The notes below the pieces were generated by a model, which made no database searches, was not told where the DNA came from, and saw only the letters and a program-made list of their open reading frames with translations. Of a stretch of DNA of 64,000 nucleotides, positions 45,788-56,157 are shown piece by piece (position 1 is the stretch's first letter; the number at the start of each line of letters is the position of its first letter). The stretch covers positions 75,133 through 139,132 of the IMG/VR virus record IMGVR_UViG_3300020576_006930; one strand, written 5' to 3'. The translations under genes were made by a program, and so were the position numbers. The DNA is from a virus. Taxonomy: Duplodnaviria; Caudoviricetes.

Positions 45788-47080
45788 ATGACATCGTTAA
45801 GTGAATATTTTTTATCATCAATTAGTAGTGTGGAATTAGAATCTTTTCTACAACGAATTGTAGAAGGTGGCGCATACGGCCATTTAGCCCACCCCTATGA
45901 AGATTTAAGCCTTACCTTTAGGGATGTAAAAGCCATCGTCAATTCGGCGTTGTCGGGGAAAATTCAAGCTGATGAAAAGGTCGATGGACAAAATCTGATG
46001 TTTACTTGGAAACGCGAACAATTGCGAGCGGCTAGGAATAAAGGTCATATTAAAAATTATGGAGAAAATTCCTTAACCAAGGATCAACTGGATCAAATGT
46101 TTGCGGACAGACCGCCGCAGATTCGTAAAGCATTTGTTACCGCAATGGGGGATCTGGAAAATGCTTTAAAACAAGTCGATCTTCGTTTATTGCGGGAAAT
46201 TTTTCAAGAAGGCAAGCGGTTCGTTAATGTTGAGGTAATTCTACCTGCCACCCAAAATGTTATCCCATATGGGATGAATGTTTTGGTATTCCACGGTACC
46301 GTAGAATATGATGAACAGGGCAATCCCATCGGCCAGGGTATGGTAAACGCGGGGCAGTATTTAGAGGGAATCATTAAAAAAGTAAATTCAAATATTCAAA
46401 AGAACTTTACCCTCCGTGGCCCAAACCCAATTGTGCTTAAACAAGTCAAAGATTTTCAACAGAAAAAGAAAGAATATTTGGATAAGATTCGTCAAGCTCA
46501 GGGTAAGTTGCCCGATTCCGCAACCATTTCCGATTACCACACGGGGCTTTGGAGTAAAATGATCACGCAGAAAGCGTCTGAATTTGGTTATCAGATTCCA
46601 AAAAACATTGTCGGTGATTTAATCAATCGATGGGTTCACGATGATAAGAGTAAGAGAATTGCCCAACTTCAAAAAGAAATCGTTTCTCCGGAATTTAAAC
46701 AATGGATAGCGGAATTCGATGGTAAACCGGCTCAAGCTTATTTTAAACAAGTAAATGAAGCGTTTGAAAATTTATTTTTAAAGCTTGGGGTGGATGTCTT
46801 GGCTAATGCGACCGGTTATTTGGCCGCAAGTCCTGATGCTGCGGCTCGGGCGGTGGCGCAGCAAACTCAGCAAGAAATTGAAAAAATAAGACAATCCAAT
46901 GACCCGGAAGCTATTTCCAAACTGGAGCGGGAACTAAACCGCATTCAGAGTTTGGGTGGGTTGGAAAAAGTCGCGGGGACGGAGGGAATTGCTTTTTATC
47001 GCAACGGTAAAATTTATAAGCTAACAGGTTTATTTGCCCCCATTAATATGATACTCGGAATTATAAGATACAAACGATGA
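45788..47080 (+). CDS. Ligase/nucleotidyltransferase-fold protein, possibly packaged in the head
   Basis: EKVDGQN (motif I KxDG), EGIAF (motif IV-like), YKLTG (motif V-like); ATG 45788 follows TATTTAT at 45777. Confidence 0.55.
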   Translation: MTSLSEYFLSSISSVELESFLQRIVEGGAYGHLAHPYEDLSLTFRDVKAIVNSALSGKIQADEKVDGQNLMFTWKREQLRAARNKGHIKNYGENSLTKDQLDQMFADRPPQIRKAFVTAMGDLENALKQVDLRLLREIFQEGKRFVNVEVILPATQNVIPYGMNVLVFHGTVEYDEQGNPIGQGMVNAGQYLEGIIKKVNSNIQKNFTLRGPNPIVLKQVKDFQQKKKEYLDKIRQAQGKLPDSATISDYHTGLWSKMITQKASEFGYQIPKNIVGDLINRWVHDDKSKRIAQLQKEIVSPEFKQWIAEFDGKPAQAYFKQVNEAFENLFLKLGVDVLANATGYLAASPDAAARAVAQQTQQEIEKIRQSNDPEAISKLERELNRIQSLGGLEKVAGTEGIAFYRNGKIYKLTGLFAPINMILGIIRYKR

Positions 47081-47131
47081 CTGGAGAAAATAATCCTGTT
47101 TTTTTAAAATATTTTTCCTATTTATGTTCGT

Positions 47132-48007
47132 ATGGACGAATTTTATGTATACGAACTTATTGATCCCAGAGACGGGAATCCATTTTATATCGGCAAAGGA
47201 AAAAAAGACAGGATGTATCACCACGTCAAAAAAGTAAAGAAAAATGATCAGCGGGAATTGAGGAAAAATCCACATAAATTTTACAAAATAAAACAAATTT
47301 TAAATGACGGATTTATTGATATTTCTTATAAAATAATTCTCTCCGGAGTGAGTGAAGACGATGCGTTTAAAAAAGAAAAAGAGATGATCTTCTCATATGG
47401 GAAGGGAAATCTAACAAACATAACGGATGGGGGCTTCGGTGGGGCAAATGAAATAGCAGCAAAAACAAATAGCATACTTAGAAAAGGAAAGACGTGGGAG
47501 CAGATATATGGTCGTGATATGGCGGTAGCTCTCAAAAAGAAATTGGTAGAACGGTCGGTTGGAAATAAAAATCCATTTTTTGGAAAGACACATACGGAAG
47601 AAAATAAACGGCTATTCTCAGAAAATTCTAAAAAATTACACACAGGAAAAAAAAGAAGCGAAGAAGCGAAGAAAAATTTATCCAATGGAATTTCCAATTC
47701 TCCAAAACATAAAGAGTGGAGGTTGGTGATGAAATCGGAAAAATATAAAAAAATGTATTCGGATAAATCTAAATTATTGTGGCAAGATCCTGTGTTTAGA
47801 GAAAAGAATATGGCTGGAATTAAAAATAGAAAGCCTAGGTCGAAAGTATATACGGATGAGTTTCTCATAAATACATATAGGGGGTATTTAGAAGAAAAAG
47901 AAAAAACAAAAAAATATTTATCCTGGGCAAAATACTACAGAAGTTTAGGGATTAAAAGTCCTGTTTATTTTCATTACAAAGCAAAAAGACTTTCAAAAGG
48001 AATATAA
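47132..48007 (+). CDS. GIY-YIG homing endonuclease with NUMOD3 repeats
   Basis: FYVYELIDPRDGNPFYIGKG..R..E..LTNITDGG; NPFFGKTHTEE; very AT-rich. Confidence 0.85.
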   Translation: MDEFYVYELIDPRDGNPFYIGKGKKDRMYHHVKKVKKNDQRELRKNPHKFYKIKQILNDGFIDISYKIILSGVSEDDAFKKEKEMIFSYGKGNLTNITDGGFGGANEIAAKTNSILRKGKTWEQIYGRDMAVALKKKLVERSVGNKNPFFGKTHTEENKRLFSENSKKLHTGKKRSEEAKKNLSNGISNSPKHKEWRLVMKSEKYKKMYSDKSKLLWQDPVFREKNMAGIKNRKPRSKVYTDEFLINTYRGYLEEKEKTKKYLSWAKYYRSLGIKSPVYFHYKAKRLSKGI

Positions 48008-48010
48008 GTT

Positions 48011-48625
48011 ATGGCACGAAGACGTTGGAAAATTCAAGATATTCAATCGGTGGTTTCAGGGGAAAACCCATTCACTCAATTTGGTTATCATGTACAGGAA
48101 CCCAAACGAAAATTGGATGAACGTTGGGTGGATGCGAAGGGTAAAGTGTGGGAACAACGGAGTGGGTATAAAGCGATTGTCAATGAAAAAGCGGATGCGA
48201 TTAGGGATTTAGTCCGGCAAAATTGCTCCAAATGCCATATTGATTTGCGGTGGGGAACTCAATTGGATAAGAGGTTTTTTCCAAAGACGGGAATGTGCTA
48301 TAATTGTACCATTGATCACGATACTAAAATGCGTATGGATGGAACGTGGGATGTATATGAAAAACGCAAAGTTTTAAAAAATCAATTAGCTTATATCCAA
48401 GACATGCGCAATTACATTAAAGAATCAATTGACTATCTCACGACAACCGATGGGAAAATGTCTTTTGTGGATGAAAAGGGCAAACTTGAAACGTGGACAA
48501 ATACCCAAATTGATATTTTGTTGTCCGGAGCTAAAATGGATTATGAAAAACTGACACAGGATATTGTCGCGACGGAAAACCTCATCGCCTCCTTGGGGGA
48601 GGAAAAGGAAGTTAATGGCCAGTAA
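48011..48625 (+). CDS. Hypothetical zinc-binding protein upstream of terminase
   Basis: CSKC..CYNC. Confidence 0.7.
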   Translation: MARRRWKIQDIQSVVSGENPFTQFGYHVQEPKRKLDERWVDAKGKVWEQRSGYKAIVNEKADAIRDLVRQNCSKCHIDLRWGTQLDKRFFPKTGMCYNCTIDHDTKMRMDGTWDVYEKRKVLKNQLAYIQDMRNYIKESIDYLTTTDGKMSFVDEKGKLETWTNTQIDILLSGAKMDYEKLTQDIVATENLIASLGEEKEVNGQ

Positions 48626-50246
48626 GCAACAACTTGCTGCGCAAAAAGCCCGCCAGTACATGCGTAATGAATACGCTAAATGTTTGATGGAGCCGCTATA
48701 CTTCATAAAAACATATGTCAAAATTCAACACCAAGATCGTGGTATCATTCCCTTTGAACTCTATCCGTTTCAAGAACAATGTTTGAAGGATTTTCATTCT
48801 TCCGGCCGTTGCGTAGTGCTCAAATCACGGCAGATGGGTATTTCCACTCTTGTCGCCGCTTATGCGCTTTGGGAATTAATTTTTCACGACGGTAAAAATA
48901 TTCTGGTTATTTCCATTAAGGAAACCGCGGCGAAAGAAGTTATTGGTAAAATAAAACTTGCCAATGATGAATTACCACCCTGGTTAAAAATTCCGGTCGT
49001 GGAAAGTAATAAACTCTCATTGAAGCTCAATAACCAATCCCGGGTGCTGGCGACTTCCTCCGCCTCCGACTCTGCCCGGGGTTTCGCTGCGTCCCTGTTG
49101 ATTATTGACGAATGTGCGTTTATTGATGGCATCGAAGATATTTGGACCTCCGCGCAACAAACGCTCGCCACGGTTGCCGCGGGGAAAGCGATCATCTTAT
49201 CCACGCCGAATGGTATGGGCAATTTCTTCCATAAAACTTGGTCGGAAGCAGAAGCACATCAAAATAATTTCAAGACCATAAAATTGCCGTGGCATCTTCA
49301 TCCGGAAAAAACCCAGATATGGCGGGATGCGCAGACCCGGGAATTAGGCGCACGCATGGCGGGCCAAGAATGTGATTGTGATTTCCTAGCCTCCGGTAAC
49401 AATGTTATTGATCTGGTTAAATTGGCGGAAATTGAAAAGGATTTTGTCGTTGAACCCATTGACTATGCGGAAGGCAAGGCGTTGTGGATTTGGGAGAGGC
49501 CCAAGGATAATACTGATTATCTGGTTACTGCGGACGTGGCCACCGGAGACGGGAGCGACTATTCCGCATTTCACGTTATTGACCGGGACACAATGACCCA
49601 AGTTGCGGAATATCAGGATAAAATTGGGATATTGGAGTTCGCCAAAATCTTGGTTTCGGTTTCTACACGTTATAATAACGCGCAATTGGTGGTTGAACGT
49701 GAATCCTACGGCCGGGGCGTTTTGGAATTTATTATGGCAGATGGTTATCGCAATTTGGTTTTTACCAATTCCAATGAATTGTATGTTGAAACCAAAGGGA
49801 AAATTCGTAATAAGTATTACGCTGAAGAAAAGAAGCTTCTTCCTGGTTTCTCCACCAATGAAAAAACTCGTATTCTTATCATTGGTAAAGTGGAATTGTA
49901 TTTTGCTCAAAAATATTTTACTCCGCGCTCCATTCGTTTAATCCACGAATTGAAAACATTTATTTGGCATAATGGCCGGGCCGAAGCCGCTTCGGGTTAC
50001 CACGACGATTTGGTCATGTCGCTGGGCATTGGACTTTGGGTCCGTGATAATTCCCTCAAATGGAAAGAGGAAAATATTGAAATCGCCAAAAAAATGTTGG
50101 AAGAGATTCATACACCTGACAAACCTCCCGGCCACTCACCCATTTATACTGCGCGCAGCGCACAGAACTCTGCCTTTGATCAGTGGAATATGCGAGTTGG
50201 TGGAGTTGGCAACGATCAGAGAGAAAATCTATCGTGGTTACTATAA
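48615..50246 (+). CDS. terL: Terminase large subunit (T4 gp17-like)
   Basis: LYPFQ, KSRQMGIST, LIIDECAF, LSTPNG, ADVATGDGSDYS, HDDLVMS; ATG 48615 follows AAGGA. Confidence 0.95.
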   Translation: MASKQQLAAQKARQYMRNEYAKCLMEPLYFIKTYVKIQHQDRGIIPFELYPFQEQCLKDFHSSGRCVVLKSRQMGISTLVAAYALWELIFHDGKNILVISIKETAAKEVIGKIKLANDELPPWLKIPVVESNKLSLKLNNQSRVLATSSASDSARGFAASLLIIDECAFIDGIEDIWTSAQQTLATVAAGKAIILSTPNGMGNFFHKTWSEAEAHQNNFKTIKLPWHLHPEKTQIWRDAQTRELGARMAGQECDCDFLASGNNVIDLVKLAEIEKDFVVEPIDYAEGKALWIWERPKDNTDYLVTADVATGDGSDYSAFHVIDRDTMTQVAEYQDKIGILEFAKILVSVSTRYNNAQLVVERESYGRGVLEFIMADGYRNLVFTNSNELYVETKGKIRNKYYAEEKKLLPGFSTNEKTRILIIGKVELYFAQKYFTPRSIRLIHELKTFIWHNGRAEAASGYHDDLVMSLGIGLWVRDNSLKWKEENIEIAKKMLEEIHTPDKPPGHSPIYTARSAQNSAFDQWNMRVGGVGNDQRENLSWLL

Positions 50247-50287
50247 AAACTATTTATACATCGCAGTACTCTATATATTTCTAATCT

Positions 50288-52366
50288 ATGGCACAAAATT
50301 CAATGAAAAATAACCTCACTGCCTCTGACGAAACCGATATCAGAGAGAGGTCGTTATTTGCGCGTTTAAAAAGACTATTTTCTTCTGGAACCATCGTTCG
50401 CAACATCGGCGGCAAGAAGTTAAAAGTTATCGACACCGATAACTTAATGGTGGGTACATCTCAGAACACGACTCGGGATCGATTCAATCGCGTTCGTTCA
50501 ACAGGCTACAATGCTTATACCCGTGACTTTGCGCTTTCTTATCAAGCCGCGCGAATTGACTTATTTCGCGACTACGACACGATGGATATGGATCCCATAA
50601 TCTCTTCGGCCTTAGATATTTATGCCGACGAATGTTTAACACCTAACGAATTGGGTGAGATTATAGTCATCCACTCCGATGATAGCAACATTAAAGATGT
50701 ACTAAACAACCTTTTTTATGACATTCTAAATATCCAGTTCAATCTCTGGTCTTGGACCCGCAATATGGCAAAATATGGGGATTTTTTCTTACGACTTTAT
50801 ATTTCCCCCACCTATGGCGTTTATTTCGCGGAACCAATCTGTGCTTATAACGTCGAACGCATCGAAAATTCTGATCCGTTGAATAAAAATTATGTGAAGT
50901 TCCAAATCCGGCCCACGGATTCTTCTCAGGCGGATACGTTGGAAGAATTTGAAATGGTCCATTTTCGATTATTGTCGGATAGTAATTTCTTGCCTTATGG
51001 TAAGGGTATGTTGGAAGGGGCCCGGCGCATTTGGAAACAACTCTCCCTGATGGAAGACGCGATGTTAATCCATCGGATAATGCGTGCGCCGGAAAAACGC
51101 ATATTTAAAGTTGATATTGGTAATATCCCACCCAATGAAGTTGACGCACATATGGAAAAGCTTATTTCAAAGATGAAAAAAGTACCATATATTGATCAAC
51201 GCACAGGGGATTACAATTTAAAATTCAACTTACAGAATATGGTGGAGGACTTTTTCTTGCCCGTGCGTGGTTCGGATAGTGGTAATTCCATTGAAAATTT
51301 GACCGGTATGGAATGGACCGGAACCGATGACATTGAATATCTACGTAATAAACTGATGGCGGGTTTGAAAATTCCCAAAGCCTTCCTGGGTTATGAAGAA
51401 GAATTGTCCGGAAAAGCAACTCTGGCTGCGGAAGACGTGCGCTTCGCGCGGACAATTGGCCGCATCCAGAACTTTTTGATTTCCTCCCTTGGGCATATCG
51501 CGCGGGTTCACTTATATTCTCAGGGTTACCGGGATGAAGATCTGGTGAATTTTTCCCTTGAACTCACCAACCCATCCATCATCTTTGAAAAAGAAAAAGT
51601 AGCGCTCTGGACCGATAAAGTCAGTGTCGCCAAGGATATGATGGAAAACAAATTGTTTTCTAAAAAGTGGATTTATGACCACGTCTTTAGCATTGACGAA
51701 GACGCGGCGGAAGTGTTGGGTAAGGAATTGATTGAAGATGCTAAATCGCTTTATCGCTTTAAGAGTATTGAAGAGGATGGTAATGATCCCGCCCAGCCGT
51801 TCAAAAAAATCAAACCGAGCGGCGGTGAGGATCAGGGCGGTGGGGATGGCGGTCCACCCGATTTGGGAGGATTGGATGGGGGGCCAGGCGGCGGCCCGGA
51901 ACCAGGAGGCAGCGGGCCGGAAGCCACGCCAGGTGGTGAGCCGGGAGGCGCTCCGGGCGGGCCGGATGCGGATTTAGCCGACGCGCTCAAGGAAGGCCAC
52001 GGCGAACCGGCGGATGATTATGTCCGCCCGTCGCAAGCGGGTAAAAAAGACGCGAGTGATTATCCGTTCGGCGAAGACCCACTAGGGGATAAAGAAAACC
52101 GCGCCGAACCAAGAAAACGTAGCGCGCTCACTCATCAGTGGCAGGGCGGTAGTCCGTTTGATATGGGTACGTTAGCCGAACGCTCTCAGACCAAGGCTCA
52201 GGTCATGAAAACGCTCCGGGACCCAATTATTACCTCTTTGGATGCGTTTTTGGTTAATTCCACCAAGGAAATCCTCACGGAGACAAAAACCAACGGAGGC
52301 CAAATGGAAGAAAGCGGTTCGAAAACTTTCTTGGATGAAGATAATATAATCGATTCTGATCAATGA
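50288..52366 (+). CDS. gp20: Portal protein (T4 gp20-like) with Gly/Pro-rich C-terminal tail
   Basis: LSLMEDAMLIHRIMRAPEKRIFKVDIGN; EDFFLPVRG; DIEYLRNKL..LKIP. Confidence 0.95.
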   Translation: MAQNSMKNNLTASDETDIRERSLFARLKRLFSSGTIVRNIGGKKLKVIDTDNLMVGTSQNTTRDRFNRVRSTGYNAYTRDFALSYQAARIDLFRDYDTMDMDPIISSALDIYADECLTPNELGEIIVIHSDDSNIKDVLNNLFYDILNIQFNLWSWTRNMAKYGDFFLRLYISPTYGVYFAEPICAYNVERIENSDPLNKNYVKFQIRPTDSSQADTLEEFEMVHFRLLSDSNFLPYGKGMLEGARRIWKQLSLMEDAMLIHRIMRAPEKRIFKVDIGNIPPNEVDAHMEKLISKMKKVPYIDQRTGDYNLKFNLQNMVEDFFLPVRGSDSGNSIENLTGMEWTGTDDIEYLRNKLMAGLKIPKAFLGYEEELSGKATLAAEDVRFARTIGRIQNFLISSLGHIARVHLYSQGYRDEDLVNFSLELTNPSIIFEKEKVALWTDKVSVAKDMMENKLFSKKWIYDHVFSIDEDAAEVLGKELIEDAKSLYRFKSIEEDGNDPAQPFKKIKPSGGEDQGGGDGGPPDLGGLDGGPGGGPEPGGSGPEATPGGEPGGAPGGPDADLADALKEGHGEPADDYVRPSQAGKKDASDYPFGEDPLGDKENRAEPRKRSALTHQWQGGSPFDMGTLAERSQTKAQVMKTLRDPIITSLDAFLVNSTKEILTETKTNGGQMEESGSKTFLDEDNIIDSDQ

Positions 52367-52428
52367 CAATTGTATGATTTTCACTAGGATTTATCATATT
52401 TATAATTTAAGTAGAAGCGTTTAAGCAT

Positions 52429-53322
52429 ATGCATAAGAAACTGCGGCATTCCAAATTTAGAAATACCGGCATTTTATTCGAACTTTTGACAAGGCAGATA
52501 ACAGCAGATATTATTGCTGGTAAAGAAGAGTCAGAAGCCCAGGATATTTTGTTTCGTTATTTTAAGGAAAATACCGAATTAGGTAAGGAGTGGCAACTTT
52601 ATAGTTGTCTCATCCAAGAAAAAATTAAAAATGAACCAAACGCGGAACGCTTTCTTCAGACGGTCGTTGAGCGCCGTCGGCGCCTGGATTCCAAACAATT
52701 AATTTTTGAAAAATATAATCTAGTTAAGGATATCAAAGCCCGTTATCCCATCGATGACTTTCTAAAATCCGGAGTTAAAAATTATCGTTTATACGCTTCC
52801 ATTTATAAAGTATTTGAAGACTCATCTTCCGCGGATGTAAAATTTGATTTGAAGGAGATTTACCAATCAAAAAATTGCATCGTGGAAAATATCATTGATC
52901 GCCCCAATACCAAACCCAACCCCGACGACGATCTGATGGATTTTTATGAACAACAGGACGATGACATCCGATTGTTGTCTTATAAATTTTTAGTTGAGGG
53001 CGTCAATCAAAAATACAAGGATTTTGACGGAAACCAAAAAGAAATTCTTCGGGAATACATTAACAATGTCTCCAATACTAATTCATTGGGCAAATTTCTG
53101 GGCGTTAAAATTGATGCGGCTAAAAATGAACTGAATGAGTTGTGTGATAAAATTCACGATTCAGAAGTCATTAAGATTAAAATCAATGAGGTTTCACGGC
53201 AGCTGGATAATGTTAAACCTGGCTCTGTCGTCAAAGACAATCAGGTAATGGTCGTCTTGTTGGCCTATGAATTACTAAAAGAAATCCGTAAACAAATTTG
53301 CCATGAAAACGCCGTCGTATAA
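52429..53322 (+). CDS. Head-module hypothetical protein
   Basis: HSKFRNTGILFELL; lies between portal and protease genes; TATTTATA at 52397. Confidence 0.7.
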   Translation: MHKKLRHSKFRNTGILFELLTRQITADIIAGKEESEAQDILFRYFKENTELGKEWQLYSCLIQEKIKNEPNAERFLQTVVERRRRLDSKQLIFEKYNLVKDIKARYPIDDFLKSGVKNYRLYASIYKVFEDSSSADVKFDLKEIYQSKNCIVENIIDRPNTKPNPDDDLMDFYEQQDDDIRLLSYKFLVEGVNQKYKDFDGNQKEILREYINNVSNTNSLGKFLGVKIDAAKNELNELCDKIHDSEVIKIKINEVSRQLDNVKPGSVVKDNQVMVVLLAYELLKEIRKQICHENAVV

Positions 53323-54466
53323 TTTAACCAATTTAAAACAGTCCATTCGCCGTTTGATTTACGAAGCGCTGGCCAATCGATTTGGTCAAGGTGGAGACAT
53401 CAAAGGTGCGGAGGGGGTGGCAAATGCGCAGTGGGGTAGTGTTTACAATGTCATGCCCAAGGGGGAAGCCAAGAACGAAGTTTTTTATCGTGTTCAATTA
53501 CACAATTCAGGCGGTCCGGTTAAGTATTTGAAACAGGATGCGCAAGGCCGTTGGTTTTTTATGGAACCGCCCAATTTGACTTGGCGCCCGGTTAACCCCG
53601 CTAAAGTGCCGCAGACTAATGAGCCTCTGGCAGAAAATGATGAAGGTAAAAATTTTCCTGGATTTGATCATATCCACTGGTCTATAGTTGATGGGAAACC
53701 GCTGGATTCTAAAATGGGGAGTTCTGCTTCCAATGGTGAAAAATGGTGTTATGATCAACATATGGTTAAAATTCCAATAAAACGGGGAGATATTTTTTTA
53801 ATGGGTAGGGCAAGTGATGGAAAACATTATATTTTAGACGGTCCAATTGATGCGAATGAGTATAAAAATAGAAAAACTCGTTCGACTAATGAGTGTGATG
53901 AAATTCCTGATCCAATGGACGGAGACACCACTGATGTACATACAATGGATACGGCGAATTTAGGGGAAGCTGTCAATTATCGTGCTTCCACTGATGAATT
54001 AGTTAAGGCGTTCGTGGCATGGAAACAGGCCACTCCGGCGGAAATTAAATCCCATAATGCTGTTGCGTTTACGGCTGGATATAATGCTTGTTTAGCCGCG
54101 GCGAAACAGACGGGGTTAAATGAGTCGGTGAATGGAAAGTTTCAAGTTTATTTAACATACCTTGTTAGGGGAGATGAAAAACACAGATTGTTTAACTCCA
54201 ATGCTAATACTAAAGAGGAAGCATCGGTCGAAGCGGTTGCTTATATGCAATCCATAGCAAAAGCCAACAGGATCCCACCAGACTCTATCAAAGTGTTGTC
54301 AGTTCGTAAAGGGGGATTGAATGAAGAAACCTCTTCCGGCGCAGTTTTCTCAGGTGGCCCAACTATCCAGACCCCCAACGCATTCAGTAAAAAAGGCGCC
54401 GGTAGTAAAAAGGCAATGGATGCGACCAAGAAAACTGGCTACAAGCCAGTGAAAAAGGAATATTAA
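53303..54466 (+). CDS. Putative internal head protein with multiple L/I-x-E sites
   Basis: IYE, LAE, LGE and two LNE sites separate short segments. Confidence 0.55.
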   Translation: MKTPSYNLTNLKQSIRRLIYEALANRFGQGGDIKGAEGVANAQWGSVYNVMPKGEAKNEVFYRVQLHNSGGPVKYLKQDAQGRWFFMEPPNLTWRPVNPAKVPQTNEPLAENDEGKNFPGFDHIHWSIVDGKPLDSKMGSSASNGEKWCYDQHMVKIPIKRGDIFLMGRASDGKHYILDGPIDANEYKNRKTRSTNECDEIPDPMDGDTTDVHTMDTANLGEAVNYRASTDELVKAFVAWKQATPAEIKSHNAVAFTAGYNACLAAAKQTGLNESVNGKFQVYLTYLVRGDEKHRLFNSNANTKEEASVEAVAYMQSIAKANRIPPDSIKVLSVRKGGLNEETSSGAVFSGGPTIQTPNAFSKKGAGSKKAMDATKKTGYKPVKKEY

Positions 54467-54471
54467 GATTT

Positions 54472-55524
54472 ATGAGCAAGCAAATATCATTGAAACATAT
54501 GTTAGCGGAAGGCTTCGCTTACGATGTCGGGACGGAGAAAAATTCCTTTGAAGCCTCCGTTGCCTCCGCGACGGAAGCCGCCAAGAAGAAATTTGAAGAG
54601 AGTATGAAGCAGAAGGTGGTGGGGCAGAAAGTTAAGTGCCGTGCTTCCCGGGGTCAACCCGGCCAGCCCGAAAAAGATTATGTCATTGAAAAAGTTTCCG
54701 CTGCGAGTATCGATTGGTATTGGAAGCAATACGTCGTTGTTTTCAAGGATGAAAAGAACAAGGAATATTTTTTGAAGCCCGGTTTTAAAGTGGAAGTATT
54801 GACTGCGGCCCAACCCGGCCAGCAACCCACGAACCAAACTCCCGCTGAACCCAAGACTCCCGCCGCGGCGCCTCAGGCGCCAAAAGCTCCGGCGGCTCCA
54901 AAGGCTAATGCGCCGACTCAGGTCACACCGCAGGCAGCGGGAATGAAGAATGCGACTAAAGCTCCGGTGGCGGAAGATCGTGATCCGTGGGAAATAAAAG
55001 GGACGGAGCCAGGCGAGATATATGTGCTCCGTGACGGAGATCAAATGGGAGGCCCGTTTGAAAGTGAAGAAGAGGCAAAGGATTGGATGTATGATAAGCA
55101 ACAACAATTGCCAGAAAGTCAAGCTCCTGTTGCCGAAGCCCATCAAGAATACAAGAAGGAATGGGCGGCTCAGATCATTGGGGAAATTCTATTCAAGTTT
55201 TTATCGCCCCAAAAACAAGCCGATCCCAATGTTCAACGCAATCCCACGGCCGCCGTCTTGCCGTATATCAAGAGCTCTAAGTGGGTGGGCGACGAAAATG
55301 GTGATCCCGGCGACGGTGATCATGCGCAGTGGATTTTGGAAATTCCGGTCGAAGATCTGGCGCCGGATGTAGACCTTCAGGATTTGAAGCTGGAATTTTC
55401 CAGTGAACTGCGCAGTTCCGCCGGCGAAGCTGGCGGTCAATATTCTCGCGGTTATGCCGATGCGGAAAAAATCGGCCGGCTTTATCGGATAACCATCGAC
55501 TACACGGTGGGATTGGATGTATAA
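54472..55524 (+). CDS. Putative internal head protein with Pro/Ala linker
   Basis: ISLKHMLAE N-terminus; PAAPKA-type linker. Confidence 0.55.
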   Translation: MSKQISLKHMLAEGFAYDVGTEKNSFEASVASATEAAKKKFEESMKQKVVGQKVKCRASRGQPGQPEKDYVIEKVSAASIDWYWKQYVVVFKDEKNKEYFLKPGFKVEVLTAAQPGQQPTNQTPAEPKTPAAAPQAPKAPAAPKANAPTQVTPQAAGMKNATKAPVAEDRDPWEIKGTEPGEIYVLRDGDQMGGPFESEEEAKDWMYDKQQQLPESQAPVAEAHQEYKKEWAAQIIGEILFKFLSPQKQADPNVQRNPTAAVLPYIKSSKWVGDENGDPGDGDHAQWILEIPVEDLAPDVDLQDLKLEFSSELRSSAGEAGGQYSRGYADAEKIGRLYRITIDYTVGLDV

Positions 55525-55527
55525 TTT

Positions 55528-56145
55528 ATGAGCCAACAAACCAAACCAGTTCTTGTTGAATGTTTCACCTTTGAATGTCAGCGTGATATCCTCACCGAAT
55601 CACTCTCCGGCAATGGACCTTTCATTGTTAAAGGCTGTCTCCAACGTGCGAATGTCAAAAATCAAAACGGGCGCCTCTATAAGAAAGAAACCTTGCTTCG
55701 GGAAGCGGCCAAGTATGATAATGAATTCATCAAAGAACGCCGGGCCCTTGGAGAACTGGATCACCCTGAAAGTTCCGTAGTTAATTTACAAAATGTTTCC
55801 CACAATGTCATTGAAATGCACTGGGATGGGGATGATCTGGTCGGGACCATTGAAATCCTTCCCACTCCCAATGGCAACATTCTCAAAGAATTGTTCAAGG
55901 CAAACATCCGGCTGGGTATCTCCAGCCGGGGCATGGGGACGGTGAAGAAGGATATCCGGGAAGAGATTGATATTGTCCAGGATGACTTCGAGTTAATCGC
56001 TTTTGATTTTGTTTCAAATCCCAGTACGCGCGGGGCATTTATGTTCGCTGCAAGTCCTTTAAAAGAAGGAATTGTTCGAAATCCCCTTACAAATAGGTGG
56101 GAATCTACGGAAAATATCATACGGGACATTCTTTCCGAAATTTAA
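55528..56145 (+). CDS. gp21: Prohead core protease (T4 gp21-like)
   Basis: NQNGRLY, ALGELDHP, GISSRGMG, FDFVSNPS. Confidence 0.95.
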   Translation: MSQQTKPVLVECFTFECQRDILTESLSGNGPFIVKGCLQRANVKNQNGRLYKKETLLREAAKYDNEFIKERRALGELDHPESSVVNLQNVSHNVIEMHWDGDDLVGTIEILPTPNGNILKELFKANIRLGISSRGMGTVKKDIREEIDIVQDDFELIAFDFVSNPSTRGAFMFAASPLKEGIVRNPLTNRWESTENIIRDILSEI

Positions 56146-56157
56146 TTTATAAAATAT

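Noticed and set aside
38829-50246. Inteins in primase, SbcCD or terminase
   Set aside because: Lengths are normal and no intein terminal motifs or LAGLIDADG blocks were seen.
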